Shown: piece after piece, positions 43,019 to 56,871 of the stretch
Position numbering within the stretch: position 1 is the stretch's first letter
How the letters are laid out: the number at the start of each line of letters is the position of its first letter
Assembly (NCBI RefSeq): GCF_009914755.1
Contig: NC_060937.1
From: the human T2T-CHM13v2.0 reference genome, Homo sapiens
Strand: one strand, 5' to 3'
Length of the DNA stretch: 64,000 nt
Made by a program: the position numbers and the translations under genes
The notes under the pieces: model-generated
Seen by the model: only the letters and a program-made list of their open reading frames with translations
What the model was told of the DNA's origin: nothing
Database searches by the model: none

Positions 43019-46000
43019 TGAGACAGCCAAATGCCTAGGCAGATAAAAAGGGGTCCCCAGAGAATCTCCAACCTGCCCCACAAGTGTTTACATCAGATAC
43101 TTTTGCACAGAGGGAACCTGCCCAGGGCTTGTCTGGGCATGCCCATAACTGACTGGATCCTGATATGCACATGGGGGGAAGTGGGTGGAGCCAGAGGGAA
43201 TTCACCCCTTATGCAAGGGAGGAGCCTGCCCTCTTCAGCTTGTGTGGTGACCTGGGAATCAATCTGTGAGGTGGGGGGGGCCTGTTAGCAGGACTACATT
43301 TTGCTTTGCTGAGTTTTATTCTTTTTTTCCCTTTCACCCAATAAAATCCTGCTCTACTCACCCTTCAATGTGTCCACGTGCCTAAATTTTCCTGATCGTG
43401 TGACAAGATTCTGGTTTTAGCTGAACTAAGGAGCAAAATTCTGCTACATTTTGGCACCCAGATGTAGGACTTGAGGAAGAGTAAGATGCAAACCAAAAAC
43501 TTTTTTCCTTTTGCTTCTAAGCCTTTTTGTCCTCGAACTTCTGAAGGTAGAGAAAACTATGCCTCCCTCCCCCCCCAACCACTGTTGCTCCCAGGGGTTG
43601 GGAATGTCAGCCTTTTCCTTCTTTTTCTGGATAGACAGGCAAACTGGCAGCTCCCCTGCTCCCCTCTTAAGTTTCTCTCCCTGTTGGAAGAACCCATTTG
43701 CATTTAAGAGTAAGAGGTTCTTCCTCCAGGTGTCTTTCCAACCCTGCACTTTAAACTTTTTCCTTTTCTCTACCCTGTCAGCAGTTAACTTTTAAGTAAG
43801 AGTTTTTTCTTTTTTCTTTTTAGAAGACATTTTACTAGGCCAGAAATGATAAGGATCATTGTTTATATTCTCTGTAAAGTTTTAACTATGAAAAAGGATC
43901 TGTAAGGTTTGTCTTAAGCTGTAGCCAATCTGGTGTGCTTTGCATGACTTTCTGTATAGTCAGCAGCAAACTTCGCTGCAGGCCTCCATCTTGTTTTACA
44001 TCCTTGAGAGCATGACCTGTAACCATGTGGCAATGTTTTGTTTAGCCCATTTTACAATGGCAGCTGGGTTCAATCCTGGCTTAGGGAATGTATCCTTTCT
44101 GGTCTGATGTCTGTGCAACCTTTGCTATTTGTTGATTCTCTTCCCCTCATGAACCACTTTGGATTTTCCTTTCTCTGAGCCTCTAGTAAAGTTTGAAAGC
44201 AAATAATATGGCCGCTTGGTATGTCTAAAGTCAGATAACAAGGGATTTAAAAGGATTTTAGTAAAGAGCACTCAGGTTAATTAAAAGTGGATATCTAAGT
44301 TATCAGTATATTTAAAAGGCCTTTATGTTTTTCTTTTCTTGGATCTTGTTTTGCTGGAAAAAGGGTTTTTTCTCAGTCGACCGAATTATTTTTCTTCATT
44401 TTGCCTTGTCACTCTCAATGCATGCATGACAAGCCCCAAGATAACTCCTGGGGGCATGGGACTACTTGGGAAAAACAGAGAAGGCACCACTGACTCCATT
44501 TTGGGAAGAAACTTGTTTTCCTCATGGAACCCCAGGAATTAAAAGTGGTTGGATCCCTCTCAAAATCTGTTTTTGCCCAACCTATGCCTGTTTATTAGGC
44601 CTTAGAAGCTGCATGTTTTTCTAGCCCTGTCTCTTAAAGGGCTCCACCTGGAGGCCAATAATCCAATTAGGAGATTGGCAAATGAAAAATCTTAGGGCTG
44701 CTAAAAATCCTTCTGCCTGTCTGTGTAGTTACATATGTGTGTGCATGTGACATCTATAAAAAAGAGCTCTAATTTACTTAAAGAAGGATAAGCACTTGAA
44801 TCAAATATTTTGTAAAAGGGAGGATAAAAGGTGTGGTACCTTTCAGTTTACATGACTTTAATCTTTGAGAAATAAAAACAGTCTTAAAGATTACTGGTAA
44901 AATGCAGATGTGATCAAAATGTAAATAGGTGGACTAAATTATGCAGGTCAGATACTAAGTTTGCTAAATATTTTAAGGTAATAAACTGCTTTTTTGGTCT
45001 TTGAGAACTGTTTGACTTGCCTGTTTCACAACTGGTAAGCCCTGGGGACATACGGAATTAACCACAACCTTAATTATGCTGGAAGGAGTCAAAACTTGGC
45101 TGCACCTAGCACGTAATTAAAACATCTTAACAGGTTTTACATTAAAGTTACAAATTGCTAGGAGTTACCATTATAATGTAATTGAAACTACTGGAAATAG
45201 ATTTACATGAGAGTGCATAAGAACAGTAAAGTAAGTCTTTAGAAAAAGATTATAAGAAGGTGTGGAAATGTAAATTCTTGCCTAAGTTAAAGGATTGCCT
45301 TGAATTAGATAAGCTAAAAGTTCAAACAAGTTGTGGAAGGACTGTAAAAATTAATCTTGCAAAAGAAATTCCATGTGGGAACATATTGACTAAATTCACA
45401 AAGGTATTATATGGTTTTTCTATAAATTGAGCATTGAAATAAAAGCACAACAAAGTCCTCTTAAGACACTAATCTCTAGCAAAATTTGTAAAGGGTTATA
45501 AAAAGTTTTTGCTTTTTCAAAATTTCTGAGTCATCATTTTGGCAAAATAAATAACTTACAGTAATCTGGAATTCTGTTTCATAACATCAAGTGTTTTAAA
45601 CCTCTAACGTATTTAACAGGCTCCCCAAAATAATCAAACTTCAGTTTCAAAATAGTCTTTCCTGATGCTTGGATTTTGGATGTGAAAAGGGCCCCCGGAG
45701 TATCCAAAAGAGAGGTAAACAGGATTATTTGACATGTTTAGATACATGGGATTGTCAAAATGATATTCAATCTTCTTTAGGTTATATTTTAGTGAATACT
45801 ACTACTATATGTTCCAAAATTACTTGGGATTTCTAAAATTCTAATGTCTGAAGTACATGCTATCAATCATAATTAAGGGGGTTATGTCTTTGTCAATTAT
45901 GTTTCTAACTGTAACTACTCTGGACATTTTGTTATCATAGACAATTGTTGTCTTGTTTGGATCCTCTTCAAAAGATCGTTTATAATCAGCTGTATATCTT

Positions 46001-49000
46001 TGACAGGTGCTCTCAAGTACAGGTTTCTAATAACTTTGGAGATTGTGACACTGGGATAAAGGAAAAATGTACAGGAGTCATGAAGAGCTGAAATGTTCAT
46101 GAATATCAAGCAAAACAAGAGTTAACTGAATGGAGTGAACTAGTAGAAAACTGAAGTAATCTTTTTGACTTTTGCTTGGAATATTGCTGGTCCTTGTTTT
46201 TTTTTGTTTGTTTTTCAGAGTCAAGGAAACTTATTTTGAGCTATTTATAGCCTTTAATAATTGAGTAAGGTATACTCCTGTGAACAAAATTTGGAGCATA
46301 TTTGTCTCTCTCTCTCTGCCTGGCTTCTCCAGAATTTGGGAACTACTTGTGAGTATTCTTAACTTATGGCAATATAGTTGTTTGCATTGGTGCAAGAAAA
46401 ATCCATTTTCTTTTGCAACAGGATGCAACCGGAGAAACTGGTTGTTTTACCAAGGCTTTGACTGGAAGGATATGCTTCCCTTTAAGGAGTCAAGCTCGAC
46501 TTGCAGAGCCAATAAAAGCCCCTCAGGAAAACTGGCTTCATGCCCTTGTCTACACAGTCCCTGTAGACTACAGCTTCCTGACCTGTAGTCAGTAAAGAAT
46601 GTCACTTTCTAACAGGCCCAGGATCTCCAAGTTTATCTTGGGACCTTAAGAGGAGAGGATCACCCAACTCACAGGTATCTGAGGATACAAACCTATGACT
46701 GGGCTCAGCTTTAAAAGATCTTATCTGAGATTTCTTGTGGAACAGAGTTCCACCAAAGCCAATCTAAAAGGCCTATGTAGATATAGTTATTCTTACTGCA
46801 CTTTATGCAATAATCAGGCTAAGTACAAGACTAAAGTCTATTTTGCAAACAACTCAGTCCTATCATGATTTTTTTTTAACAAAAATGAGGACTGGAGAGA
46901 GAGAAATTATATTTCAAAACTTATACATTTGTCATTAAATTATAAACTCATTAGTTGTTTTTAAGTTTTTGCCTACCTTTTAGACTAACCATGCTTGTTG
47001 CTGTGAACTAACCAGAAATCTCTGGCTGCAGCTCAGAAGGAACAAAAGAGAATGGGTGATATAAAAATCTGGATCAATAGTCTAGTTTTGAGCAATTATC
47101 CTGCGAATCCTGCCAGGTGATGGGAATAAATAGGGTGCTCATAACATGGGGGTTTCCTTTTTGGGAAAGTAAGACCAAGGGAGCTAACCAAAGCCAAGCC
47201 CCATGCACCCAAATCTTAGCAAGCATAACTATAGCCACCAGTTATCTGGGTGTGTAACAGGACATTCTTTTCTCTCCCTTGTTGGAGGAGGACTCAATCC
47301 CACAGCTTCACCTTAGCATTTGGCTTATGATGAGGAGTCAGTGCAACCCCTCAAGACACAATTTTGTCCCAAACTCAATTCTAAGCTTCGAGTTGAAGCC
47401 CTTGGAAAGAAAACTGGGTCTGAGGGATCCAGAGGCAGATATGGAGGTTAAAAGGCACAGCATAGGTGAGCATGACTAATTCCTGGCAATAAAGCCAAGC
47501 TTCCCATTTCATGGATAAAGGTCATGCTAGTATCCATAGCATAAACAAGGTCTAGGGAATTCAAAGACTACTGATAGCAGGGGAGGTACGGTGTACATGG
47601 GTAAGAGTGGATACTCCCACACCCTAGGCCCCCGTTAACATGGGTGAAAGCCGCTTTGACACCCATGGGTGGCACCATGTCACAGTTGCTGGGAAATGGG
47701 GATATAAGGACAGAAGACAGAAAGAGTGACACCTTGCTTTCCCCCCCTCACATACCCCGGGTATTTGCTAGGAAGAGAAGGGAACCTGGAATGCCTCATT
47801 CCCCTCGTTCTAAATGAGTAGACATTCATCTTCAGTCTGTACTCCTTTCTTTTTTTTAAGATGGAGTCTTGCTTTGTCGCCCAGGCTGGAGTGCAGTGGC
47901 ACTATCTCAGATCACTGCAACCTCCACCTCTGAGGTTCAAGAGATTCTCATGCCTCAGCCTCAAGAGTAGCTAGGACGACAGGTGTGTATCACACCTGGC
48001 TAATTTTTGTATTTTTAGTAGAGATGGGGTTTCACCATGTTGTTCAGGCTGGTCTCAAACTCCTACCCTCAGATGATCCACCTGCCTCAGCCTCCCAAAC
48101 AGCTGGGATTACAGGCATGAGCCACTGCACCCGGCCAGTCTGTACCACTTTCAAATGCATCCTGAACATCTGGGACTCCTCTGGAAAAAACACCTTTTTT
48201 CCTTTTTCCTCCTGTCCTCTCTTCACTAATAAGCAATTATGTCTCCATACTATGGGACACTCCCCTGAGATGCATCCTCCAAACTGGGAAGAATTAATTT
48301 CCCAAACCTTAGACTTTGGCTTAGGATTGGGCTTAGGGGAAGGCAACCCAGAAGCCTGACATGCTGGCAAAAGGGTAAAAGGTCTTTTACCAGTGGGGCT
48401 TTTGGCCTCTTTCTCCGTGTGCAAACTGGTAAAAGGCCTCGGGATTTCTGAGCTGTCCTTACCCCCGCCCTGCTTTGTTTTGATATGTTTTCCAATAACC
48501 CAGTTTGTCTCTTCTAGCCTTTGGGCCGTCAAATTCCAAATAGTCATGCAAAGCAGCCTCAGAGGATGGTCCCTTTTGCCAGGGACCCTTAGGTATGCCT
48601 CTGAGGGAAATCTGACTGCCATTTTCCCAAAATAGCACTGCTTGTTACCAGGAAGCAGTTAAGCTCGATCTTCATCCTTATCCTTATCCTTATTCTAAAA
48701 GCAGTTAGATGTACTTCTTTAGAGGAGGGAATAAGACAGCCAGATGCCTAGGCAGATAAAAAAGGGTCCCTTGAGAATGTTCGCCTCGCCCCATAAGTGT
48801 TTATATCATATGCTTTTTTGCACATGAGGGAACCTGTCCAGGGCTTGTCTGGGCATGCCCACAAAGGACTGGAGCCCAACATACGCACTGGGGGAAGTGG
48901 ATGGAGCCCCAGGGAATTTGTGTCTCACAGGGGAGGAGCCTGCTCTCTTCAGCTTGTGTGGTGACTGATCTCAGAATCAATCTGTGGGGTGGGGGGCCTA

Positions 49001-49147
49001 TTAACAGCACTCCATCTTGTTTTGCTGAGGTTTCTTTTTTCCAATAAAATCCTGCTCTACTCACCCTTCAATGTGTCTGCATGCCCAAATTTTCCTGGTT
49101 GTGTGACAAGATCCCAATTTTAGCTGAAGGAGCAAAATTCTGCAACA
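43019..49147 (+). mobile_element. MER4-group ERV1 non-autonomous provirus (MER61/MER83-like LTRs)
   Basis: Direct LTRs 43019-43448 and 48732-49147; degenerate PBS TGGCACCCAGATGTAGGAC at 43452; PPT AGAGGAGGGAA 48721-48731; TSD TTAT/TTGT; AT-rich non-coding interior; interrupts an old L1. Confidence 0.85.
47847..48136 (-). mobile_element. AluS inside the ERV1 element
   Basis: TSD AGTCTGTAC(TC/CA)CT. Confidence 0.9.
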
Positions 49148-49916
49148 TTGTGAAGGGGGGTTTCCAGAAAAATGCCACACAGAACTGTCAGGTCAAATAA
49201 CAATTCTCAGCAGATGGTGTTTTGAGGGAGCTTCAGAGCCCCTTCTACACCCTCCAGTGGCTGCTGGTTTTCCCTGGGATTGTGGCACTGTTGGTTGTCA
49301 AGGCTAACACAAAGTTTGGGAGATGAGATGAAATTAGGGTTAGTGGAAATGCTACAAAGCAGGCTGTTCTTGCTGAGATTCAGGTGGTTTTCTTGAGTAA
49401 AACTTCCCACATTGCCTTTGGTTAATTTCCTGAATTCTGGAGTTCATTTTGACATATTTGTTGTTCTCATTGTTCTTAAAGAGTGGCTTTTCATAGGTTC
49501 TTTCTCTACCATTCCCATTGGTATCTTAAAGACAATCCTTGGCGTCACCCCATTTCACTCTTACGGTTCAGCTCAATATGCAGACATAGCTCTACAGAAC
49601 CACACTGCCATTGTTTAACTGCTCACAAAATTTCGTTATCATCTAATACTCAATTTATAATTAAATAACATCTATTACCTCAGAAATGCCTCTTTATACA
49701 ATATTATTTGTTATTTTCTCTTCTTTCAGTGAGCTATGGGAGGTTAATTCTTTGTATTGGCTATATAATTAGGGGAGATGCAGGTAGGGCACCCCGCAAG
49801 GGTCTAGCGCTAGTTAAGTGGATTCTGGCTTTAAACAAGAGGTGTAAAGGGGGCCCTTAGAGTTTTCTTTAACATCTTCAAGCCAGTCCTCCAGGGACAT
49901 AAATTGAAATTTATTC

Positions 49917-50188
49917 TTTTTTTGAGAGAGGGTCTTGTTCTGTCACCCACGCTAGAATGCAGTGGCACGATCACAGCTCCCACACTCAAGTGATCCTCCC
50001 ACCTCAGTCACCCCTAGTAGCTGGCACTATAGGCATGTGCCACCATGTCTGGCTAATATTTGCATTTCTTGTACAGATGGGATTTCGCCATGTTGCCCAG
50101 GCTGGACCCAAACACCTGGACTCAAGCAATCTGCCCACCTTGGCATCCCAAAGTGCTGGGATTATAGGTGTGAGCCACTGCACCGAGC
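49917..50188 (-). mobile_element. AluJ
   Basis: Diverged antisense Alu. Confidence 0.85.
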
Positions 50189-51147
50189 TGAGATTCATTC
50201 TTGCAATAATTATTTACTGGGGGCCTGGGGGCCTACAAAGTGCCAAGCACTATGCTGAGAAGGCAGAAACCTACTCAGAACACCCCTGCATTTCACATGT
50301 CACAAGTATGGCAGAAGTTTAGAAGGATAAGATTAGTGGAAGAGAGACCCTTAAACAGTTACAAGTCTTTCTAGCACCAAGATCATTTCAAAAAAGCTGA
50401 CCGACATCCCCAGAGTTAAAAGTTATACTTATCAGTAGGAAAGAATAAACAGCCTACAGATTTCCTTAGAGGGGACATTGGAGAAACAAATACAAGATAG
50501 TAACTTCCTATGAACAAATTTAGAAATCTGCCTACAGAAGTGTGGCTTTGCAAATGTTTTTCTTCCTCTACCCTTTGTTTTTATCCCCAAGGTGTTTCCC
50601 TTTACCACTTAAAAATAACTGCTGATGCAGCTGAGGGATGGATTTGTCCACTCACAACCTCAGAATACATAATTCTTAGGCAGATCTCACTCTAGCTTCC
50701 CAAAGCGACAACTGCACAAAGTTATACCAAGATCAAAAACTGGTACTTCTGAGCCCAGCATGGTGGCCTGTAATCCCAGAACTCTGAGAGGCTAAGGCAA
50801 GAGGATTGCCTGAGGCCATGAGTTCATGAACAGCCTGAGCAACAAAGTAAGACCTCATCTCTGGAAAAACAAAGAAACAAACAAACAAAACAGGCACTTT
50901 TGGGCTAGATTTGTCCCACAGTTTATATAATCTAATTTTAAAAGCCTGGGCATACACTCTAGTTTTGGCCAAAATTTCTACCACTCCCTGTTAAGTAATA
51001 TCTAGCCAACTCCTTACATTTGTGTGAGTGGCCTCGTCTCTGAAGATAAATTTGAGTTTATGACCTTTTATAGACATCATTTCCAGAGGCAGTTATTTTA
51101 AGGGCATCTACTGGGACACACACAAAAACCTTTAAAAAAATTTTTCA

Positions 51148-51443
51148 GGCTGGGCGCAGTGGCTCACACCTGTAATCCCAACACTTTGGGAGGCTGAGGA
51201 GGGTGGATCACGAGGTCAGGAGATCAAGACCATCCTGGCTAACATGGTGAAACCCCGTCTCTACTAAAACTACAAAAAAATTAGCCAGGCGTGGTGGTGG
51301 GCACCTGTAGTCCCAGCTACTCAGGAGGCTAAGGCAGGAGAATGGCGTGAACCCAGGAGGTGGAGCTTGCAGTGAGCCGAGATAGAGCCACTGCACTCCA
51401 GGCTGGGTGACAGAGCAAGACTCCGTCTCCAAAAAAAAAAAAA
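51148..51443 (+). mobile_element. AluY-like
   Basis: Sense Alu with poly-A. Confidence 0.9.
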
Positions 51444-51531
51444 TTCAGAAATATATAGACTTATGATATTGACTTAGTACTGATAGAATGTATATTTGTG
51501 TAATTTTCAGGGGAAAAGTTTGGATTATTTC

Positions 51532-52006
51532 TGATAGGCTGGATAATGACCCCCTTTCCCCAAAGATGTCTAAATCCCAATCTACAGAACCTATGAATGT
51601 TGTTTTGTTACATGGCAAGGAAGAATTAAGGTTGCAAACAGAATAAAGGTTGCTAATCATCTCACTTTAAATAAGAAGATTATTCTGGGTTATCCAGTGG
51701 GCTCAGAATGATCACAGGATCCTTTAAATATGGGACAGGTAGGCAGAAGAGCATCACAGTAATGCAGAATGAGAAACACTCACCAACCAGGGGCCTGGAG
51801 CAGGACCAAGGGCGGCCTCTAAAACCTGGAAGACACAGGGGACAGATTCTCCCCTATGGCCTCCAGGAAGGAATGCAGCCCTGCTCACACCTTGATTTTA
51901 GGTGAGACCCACTTCACATTTGTGATGTACAAAACTAAGATAAATTTGTGTTGTTTTGAGCCAAGTTTGTGGTAATTTGTTACGGCAGCAACTGAAAACT
52001 AATACA
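51532..52006 (+). mobile_element. MLT1D-like LTR
   Basis: GATAATGACCCCC..AAAGATGTC...GTAATTTGTTACGGCAGCAACTGAAAACTAATACA. Confidence 0.8.
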
Positions 52007-52974
52007 GTATTAAAGAATTTGAAAAACACAATCCTTTTGAATCTACCCTAAAGATTTGGTGATAAAAACAGGCAGTTACATTATGGCACATACCACAATA
52101 AAATTTTAGCCATTAAAGTAAATCTTTCAAGAATGTATACACATGGATCAATATTCCTAGTATACGGACAAGGCAAGGTTAAAATTAGATATTGTGTTAG
52201 TCCATTCCTAAAAATAACCCTGGAGGGAAAGACATTCAAACATTGTATGTCCTTAATTCTAGATGGTGAAAATATAAGATTAATCTCCTATTTTCCAATT
52301 TTTCTAGAGATCGAAAATAATCAAAAGGAAAAAATGATGGAAAAATGGAATTCTCAGTTCATTTGAAGAATACAGATTAGCAATTAAAAAATACAGCAGT
52401 ATCTCAGGAAATAAACATTATTCTCATTTTACAAAAAAGTGTATGTGAACTTTAAAAAAATCTACACTACAATATGAATTGATATTATCTCTGGGTAGAA
52501 TGCTAACAATTTTATTTTCTCCTTTACTGTATTCACTAAATGTTTCACATTAAATGTTGTATTACCTTTGAAATCAGAAGATACATTGTCTAAAACTGAT
52601 ACATCAAGAAATAGTTGTATAAGCATATTACCTAAACACAGAGGTTACCAACAGAAATTAAAAGTGGTTAAAAATGACTCCTGGGGAACTGTAAGAAGAG
52701 GAAGGTGAAGGGAAGAAATGGTTGCTTTCCATTCTAAATCTTCACACAATCTATTCTTAAAATCAGACAAGGCTGTGGTAAATTTTTTCAATTATTAAAA
52801 AAAATTATTTCTTCTAATAGGAATAGGCCTTTGAGAACCCTATTAATTGTAATAGGTTTCAATTCAGTTAGTCACTCAAGTATTATAAAATGCAACTGGA
52901 TTTACAGAAATAATTTCCTACCTACACTGACAGTATATTTAAACTAAAAAAAAAGCATACAATGTACAAACAAA

Positions 52975-52980
52975 TTTATT
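52975..52980 (-). terminator. MED4 proximal poly(A) signal (AATAAA on minus)
   Basis: TTTATT on plus about 540 nt past the MED4 stop; another at 52511-52516. Confidence 0.6.
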
Positions 52981-53518
52981 TACAAAAATTACAATTACAA
53001 ACTGTACAAATTGAGACAATTTCCCATGCCTCCAACAGAAGCCAAGAGCCTTTACTGTCAAATGGCAGTTTTTGTTACTTTTAAATGACACACAAAAAGA
53101 AATATGATGCCTATTCAGTCATCCACTGCCAGTTTAAAAATGCTTTTCTAAATAATTCCAAGAAGCCTATTAGTGATATGTATATGGATAATTTCCCTCA
53201 ACTCTATTTCTAGAATGGCTATGTACAAATCCAGCAAAACTGGAACAGAACAGGGTAAGAAAGCACATAGCAACTGCTTTTTCAACAGTAAATTTTGACT
53301 ATTCCCCTAAATATCTACCTAGTGGCTTAAAACTAAAACTATGGTCTTTGGCTTTAAAAAGAAAGTCAAAAAATTTTGACTTTTAATGACTGCACAATTC
53401 TACCAAAGCCAGTGTTTACCTGGGTATTTTTTGTCACCTGTAGTTTACATTTCCCTGCTACTGTTAAAGAAACAGAATTCTACAGTATTCAATTCTGTAT
53501 ATTGTCTTTTAAGGTTTT

Positions 53519-53691
53519 TCAATCAGACTCACTACTACTGCTTGAGGAGTCCGTTGACATAATCTCTACATCATCTTCATTTTCTTTATTATGCCCAGGA
53601 GGTTCCAACAAAAAGTCACTACTATGATTTGGTGGTAACATATTCATCGACATGTCATTTGACTGCCATGGATACTGTGGAGCAAGGACAT
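53519..53691 (-). CDS. MED4: MED4 terminal coding exon 7
   Basis: tttctccag|ATGTCCTT; encodes [57 protein letters not shown]; TGA at 53521-53519; 173 nt; all exon phases consistent. Confidence 0.97.
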
Positions 53692-53794
53692 CTGGAGAAA
53701 AAAAGAAGCATAGATAAGAACAGCTCTATCTGTAATTAATCTAGTTCTTACTTTTCCCTTTATGCAACAATTTGAAGTATTTTTTTTAATTTTA

Positions 53795-54087
53795 CTTTTT
53801 TCTCTTCTTTTTTTGACACAGGGTCTCATTCTGTCACCCAGGCTTGAGTGCAGTGGCACGAATACATCACTGAAGCCCTGACCTAGGCTCAAGCAATCCT
53901 CCTGCCTCAGCCTCCTGAGTAACTGGGTTACAGGTATGTGCCACCATGCTTGAGTACTTTTTAAAGTTTTTGTAGAGATGAGGTCTCACTATGTTAACCA
54001 GGCTGGTCTCCAACTCCTGGGCTCAAGCTATCCTGCTACCTCAGCCTCCCAAAGTGTTGGGATTACAGGCATAAGCTATTGTGCCAA
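53795..54087 (-). mobile_element. AluJ (MED4 intron 6)
   Basis: Antisense Alu dimer. Confidence 0.88.
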
Positions 54088-54619
54088 TTTTTTTAAGACT
54101 AGGAAAAAAATACACATTTAGCCAAATTAATAAAAATCAAATTTATCAAGGAAAAGTTGATATTTTAGCAACTGGGGACTTTTTTAAAAAAATCATACTA
54201 CTCTGTAAGAAACTATTTAGTCAGTTGACATAATTTTTCTTTTGTAAGACATTTGTAATTACAAATTTTTCCTGTATCTATGTATCTATTATATGCATAT
54301 ATAATACATACTTATGTATACTAGGTTATGTAGATTATTCTATATATTATAAACAAGTAATAGGTACTTTAGTATTATAATAGATTTGAATGATTTCTTG
54401 ATAGAGGAACTGCTATTGTAAGTGACTCTCATCAAAGAGAGGTTGATTAGCAATGTATGCATATGAAATACCTTAAAAAAGGGCCCAAGTTACATTTAAA
54501 GTCTGTATTTCTGAAGCAAAGGGACAGAGCACATAAACAGGTATAGTTCAAGACTCAAATAAAGAAGGCAGATTTTTAAAGGGTCAAAAGAAAGAGTTAT
54601 GGTATTAACTAGAAAGGTA

Positions 54620-55130
54620 TGCCAGTTAGCTTCAAATCTACCCTTCTCTCTGGCCCCTGAAACCATTTCTCCTTTGCCAGCTGCCACAATTAAGTTTTGT
54701 CAGTAGAGGGCACAGGTGGGACTCCACTAGCAAACAAGTTTCACTTCCTGGATCAGGTGGTTTTGTCTCCTTTACTGCTGTGATGCCTGGTTGGTGTGCA
54801 GGACATTAAGTGGTGTTCACCACAGCAACTTTCAGTGGCGCCTCTAAAGGTGGTTTCCTAGCAGGTTTCACCAGAATCCCAAAGGGCAGCTTCCCAGCAA
54901 GTCTCCCTGGAACCCCAGTGGGTAATTTCCTGCTTGCCAGCTCTGGCCTCTGATGCCTCATCTAACTTCTCTGCCATGGAGTGGGCCACATTACACTGCA
55001 CCCTCTCCAATGACAGCACCATGATATGAGAGTATCGGCCTTGGGATGGAGCTGGGGAAGACTGTTTTTAGGTCTGTCCCTTCCTTGGTCCAAAATGTGG
55101 CAGTGACTCCCCATATCTGTTTTTCCTGTA
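54620..55130 (+). mobile_element. Old ERVL-type LTR (LTR40/41-like), tentative
   Basis: GC-richer block with GCCAGCTG...GTCAGTAGAGGGCAC, reminiscent of LTR33/40/41. Confidence 0.4.
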
Positions 55131-55839
55131 CTTTTAAAACATGAGAAATATGAGGTGATATCCAAGGATATCACAGTTGAGTTCCCCTGGTTGTACTTTA
55201 GGTAGCTAACAAAAATGATGCATACAAAGCATTATTAATGACACAGGGACAGCCTTATGATGTAACATTAAGCAAAAAATGTATAGGGGAAAAAAGGAAA
55301 CAGGCTAAAATATTTAAAGTGACTGCCTCAGAAAGGGTATATTTTTTTCCTTTTTTAAATGCCTTTTTCTACTTCCCAAATGTTCTACCACATCAAAACA
55401 AAAGTCACCTACAAACTATAAAAGATGAGGAATAATATAAAACAAATATATATAAAAATAGCACAAACCTATGAAAAACTTGAGGAAAACTGAAGCTCAG
55501 AATGAACTGGGTCTCACAGAAATACTATTTTATAAAGTTATAAAAGTTTATAAAAAGCTATTGTTATTCATTTTGTTAACTTGGGGGTTGTTCAGGAGTG
55601 TGTTCACTTTATTCCGTAAACTATCTTACTCTATTTACATAGCATGTTTCACAATTATAAAAAAGCTATGTTTAGAGCAATAATTTAAAAAGAGAGGCCA
55701 AATGCCTGAGGAAGACAGTGTAATATTTACAAATAAGAGAAAGGCAGCTTGTTCTAATTTCATACCTCCCTCAAGGAGAATCTTTAGAGCAGAATAAACC
55801 GGCAAAGAATCTAGCTATTACAATGAACTGGGTCTGAGA

Positions 55840-56121
55840 GGCAGGCACACTGGCTCACACCTGTAATTCCAGTACTTTGGGAGGCTGAGGCAGGTGATTG
55901 CTTGGGGTCAGGAGTTCGAGACCAGCCTGGCCAACAGAGCGAAACCCCATATCCACTAAAAATACAAAAATTAGCCAGGCCTGGTGGCACACACCTGTAA
56001 TCCCAGCTACTCGGGAGGCTGAGGCACAAGAATCACTTGAACCTGGGAGCCAAGATTTCGCCAACACGCTCCAGCCTGGGTGACATAACAAGACTGTCTC
56101 AAATTTACAAAAAAAAAAAAA
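55840..56121 (+). mobile_element. AluS
   Basis: Sense Alu. Confidence 0.88.
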
Positions 56122-56223
56122 TTGTGTCGGGAATCTCAAACTTGCTTTACCGCCAGATATTCCAACCTTGTCATCTCTGGAAAACCCTGATCTGTTTGAA
56201 AACACTCTTCGGCTTAACATTAC

Positions 56224-56355
56224 CTGGCAATCTTCCTGCTGCAAGTGCATCTCCTGGTAAATGGCCATTCACGCCATTAGTGGAAGGATTGTTCATCTGA
56301 CCCAGTAACCCACTTCTCATCTCTAAATCAGTTGGGTAGGGTCTCCGGGGGTCCC
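56224..56355 (-). CDS. MED4: MED4 exon 6
   Basis: ttttag|GGGAC...TTGCCAG|gtaat; encodes [44 protein letters not shown], including the conserved Med4 PYPT..EMR motif; 132 nt. Confidence 0.97.
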
Positions 56356-56494
56356 CTAAAACAATAAAGACTGCATTTAATTCAATCATATTTTAAAAAA
56401 TAAGTGTTAATATGTTATTTGACATACTCATTTTCGCTGGTTCATGCTGAAAAGTTCAGGCTACATTTTCAATTTTGAAATACAGAAGTCATCT

Positions 56495-56871
<377 letters not shown>

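Larger units (their letters stand above)
53520..56390 (+). ncRNA. MED4-AS1: Probable MED4 antisense lncRNA locus (MED4-AS1), approximate bounds
   Basis: Mostly recalled annotation (antisense RNA over the last MED4 exons). Sequence support is limited to a plus-strand AATAAA at 56363-56368. Confidence 0.45.

Noticed and set aside
56171-56223. MED4 exon 6 read-through tail ([17 protein letters not shown])
   Set aside because: Good donor CAG|GTAAT, and I saw no convincing nearby minus-strand poly(A) signal, unlike the NUDT15 case.
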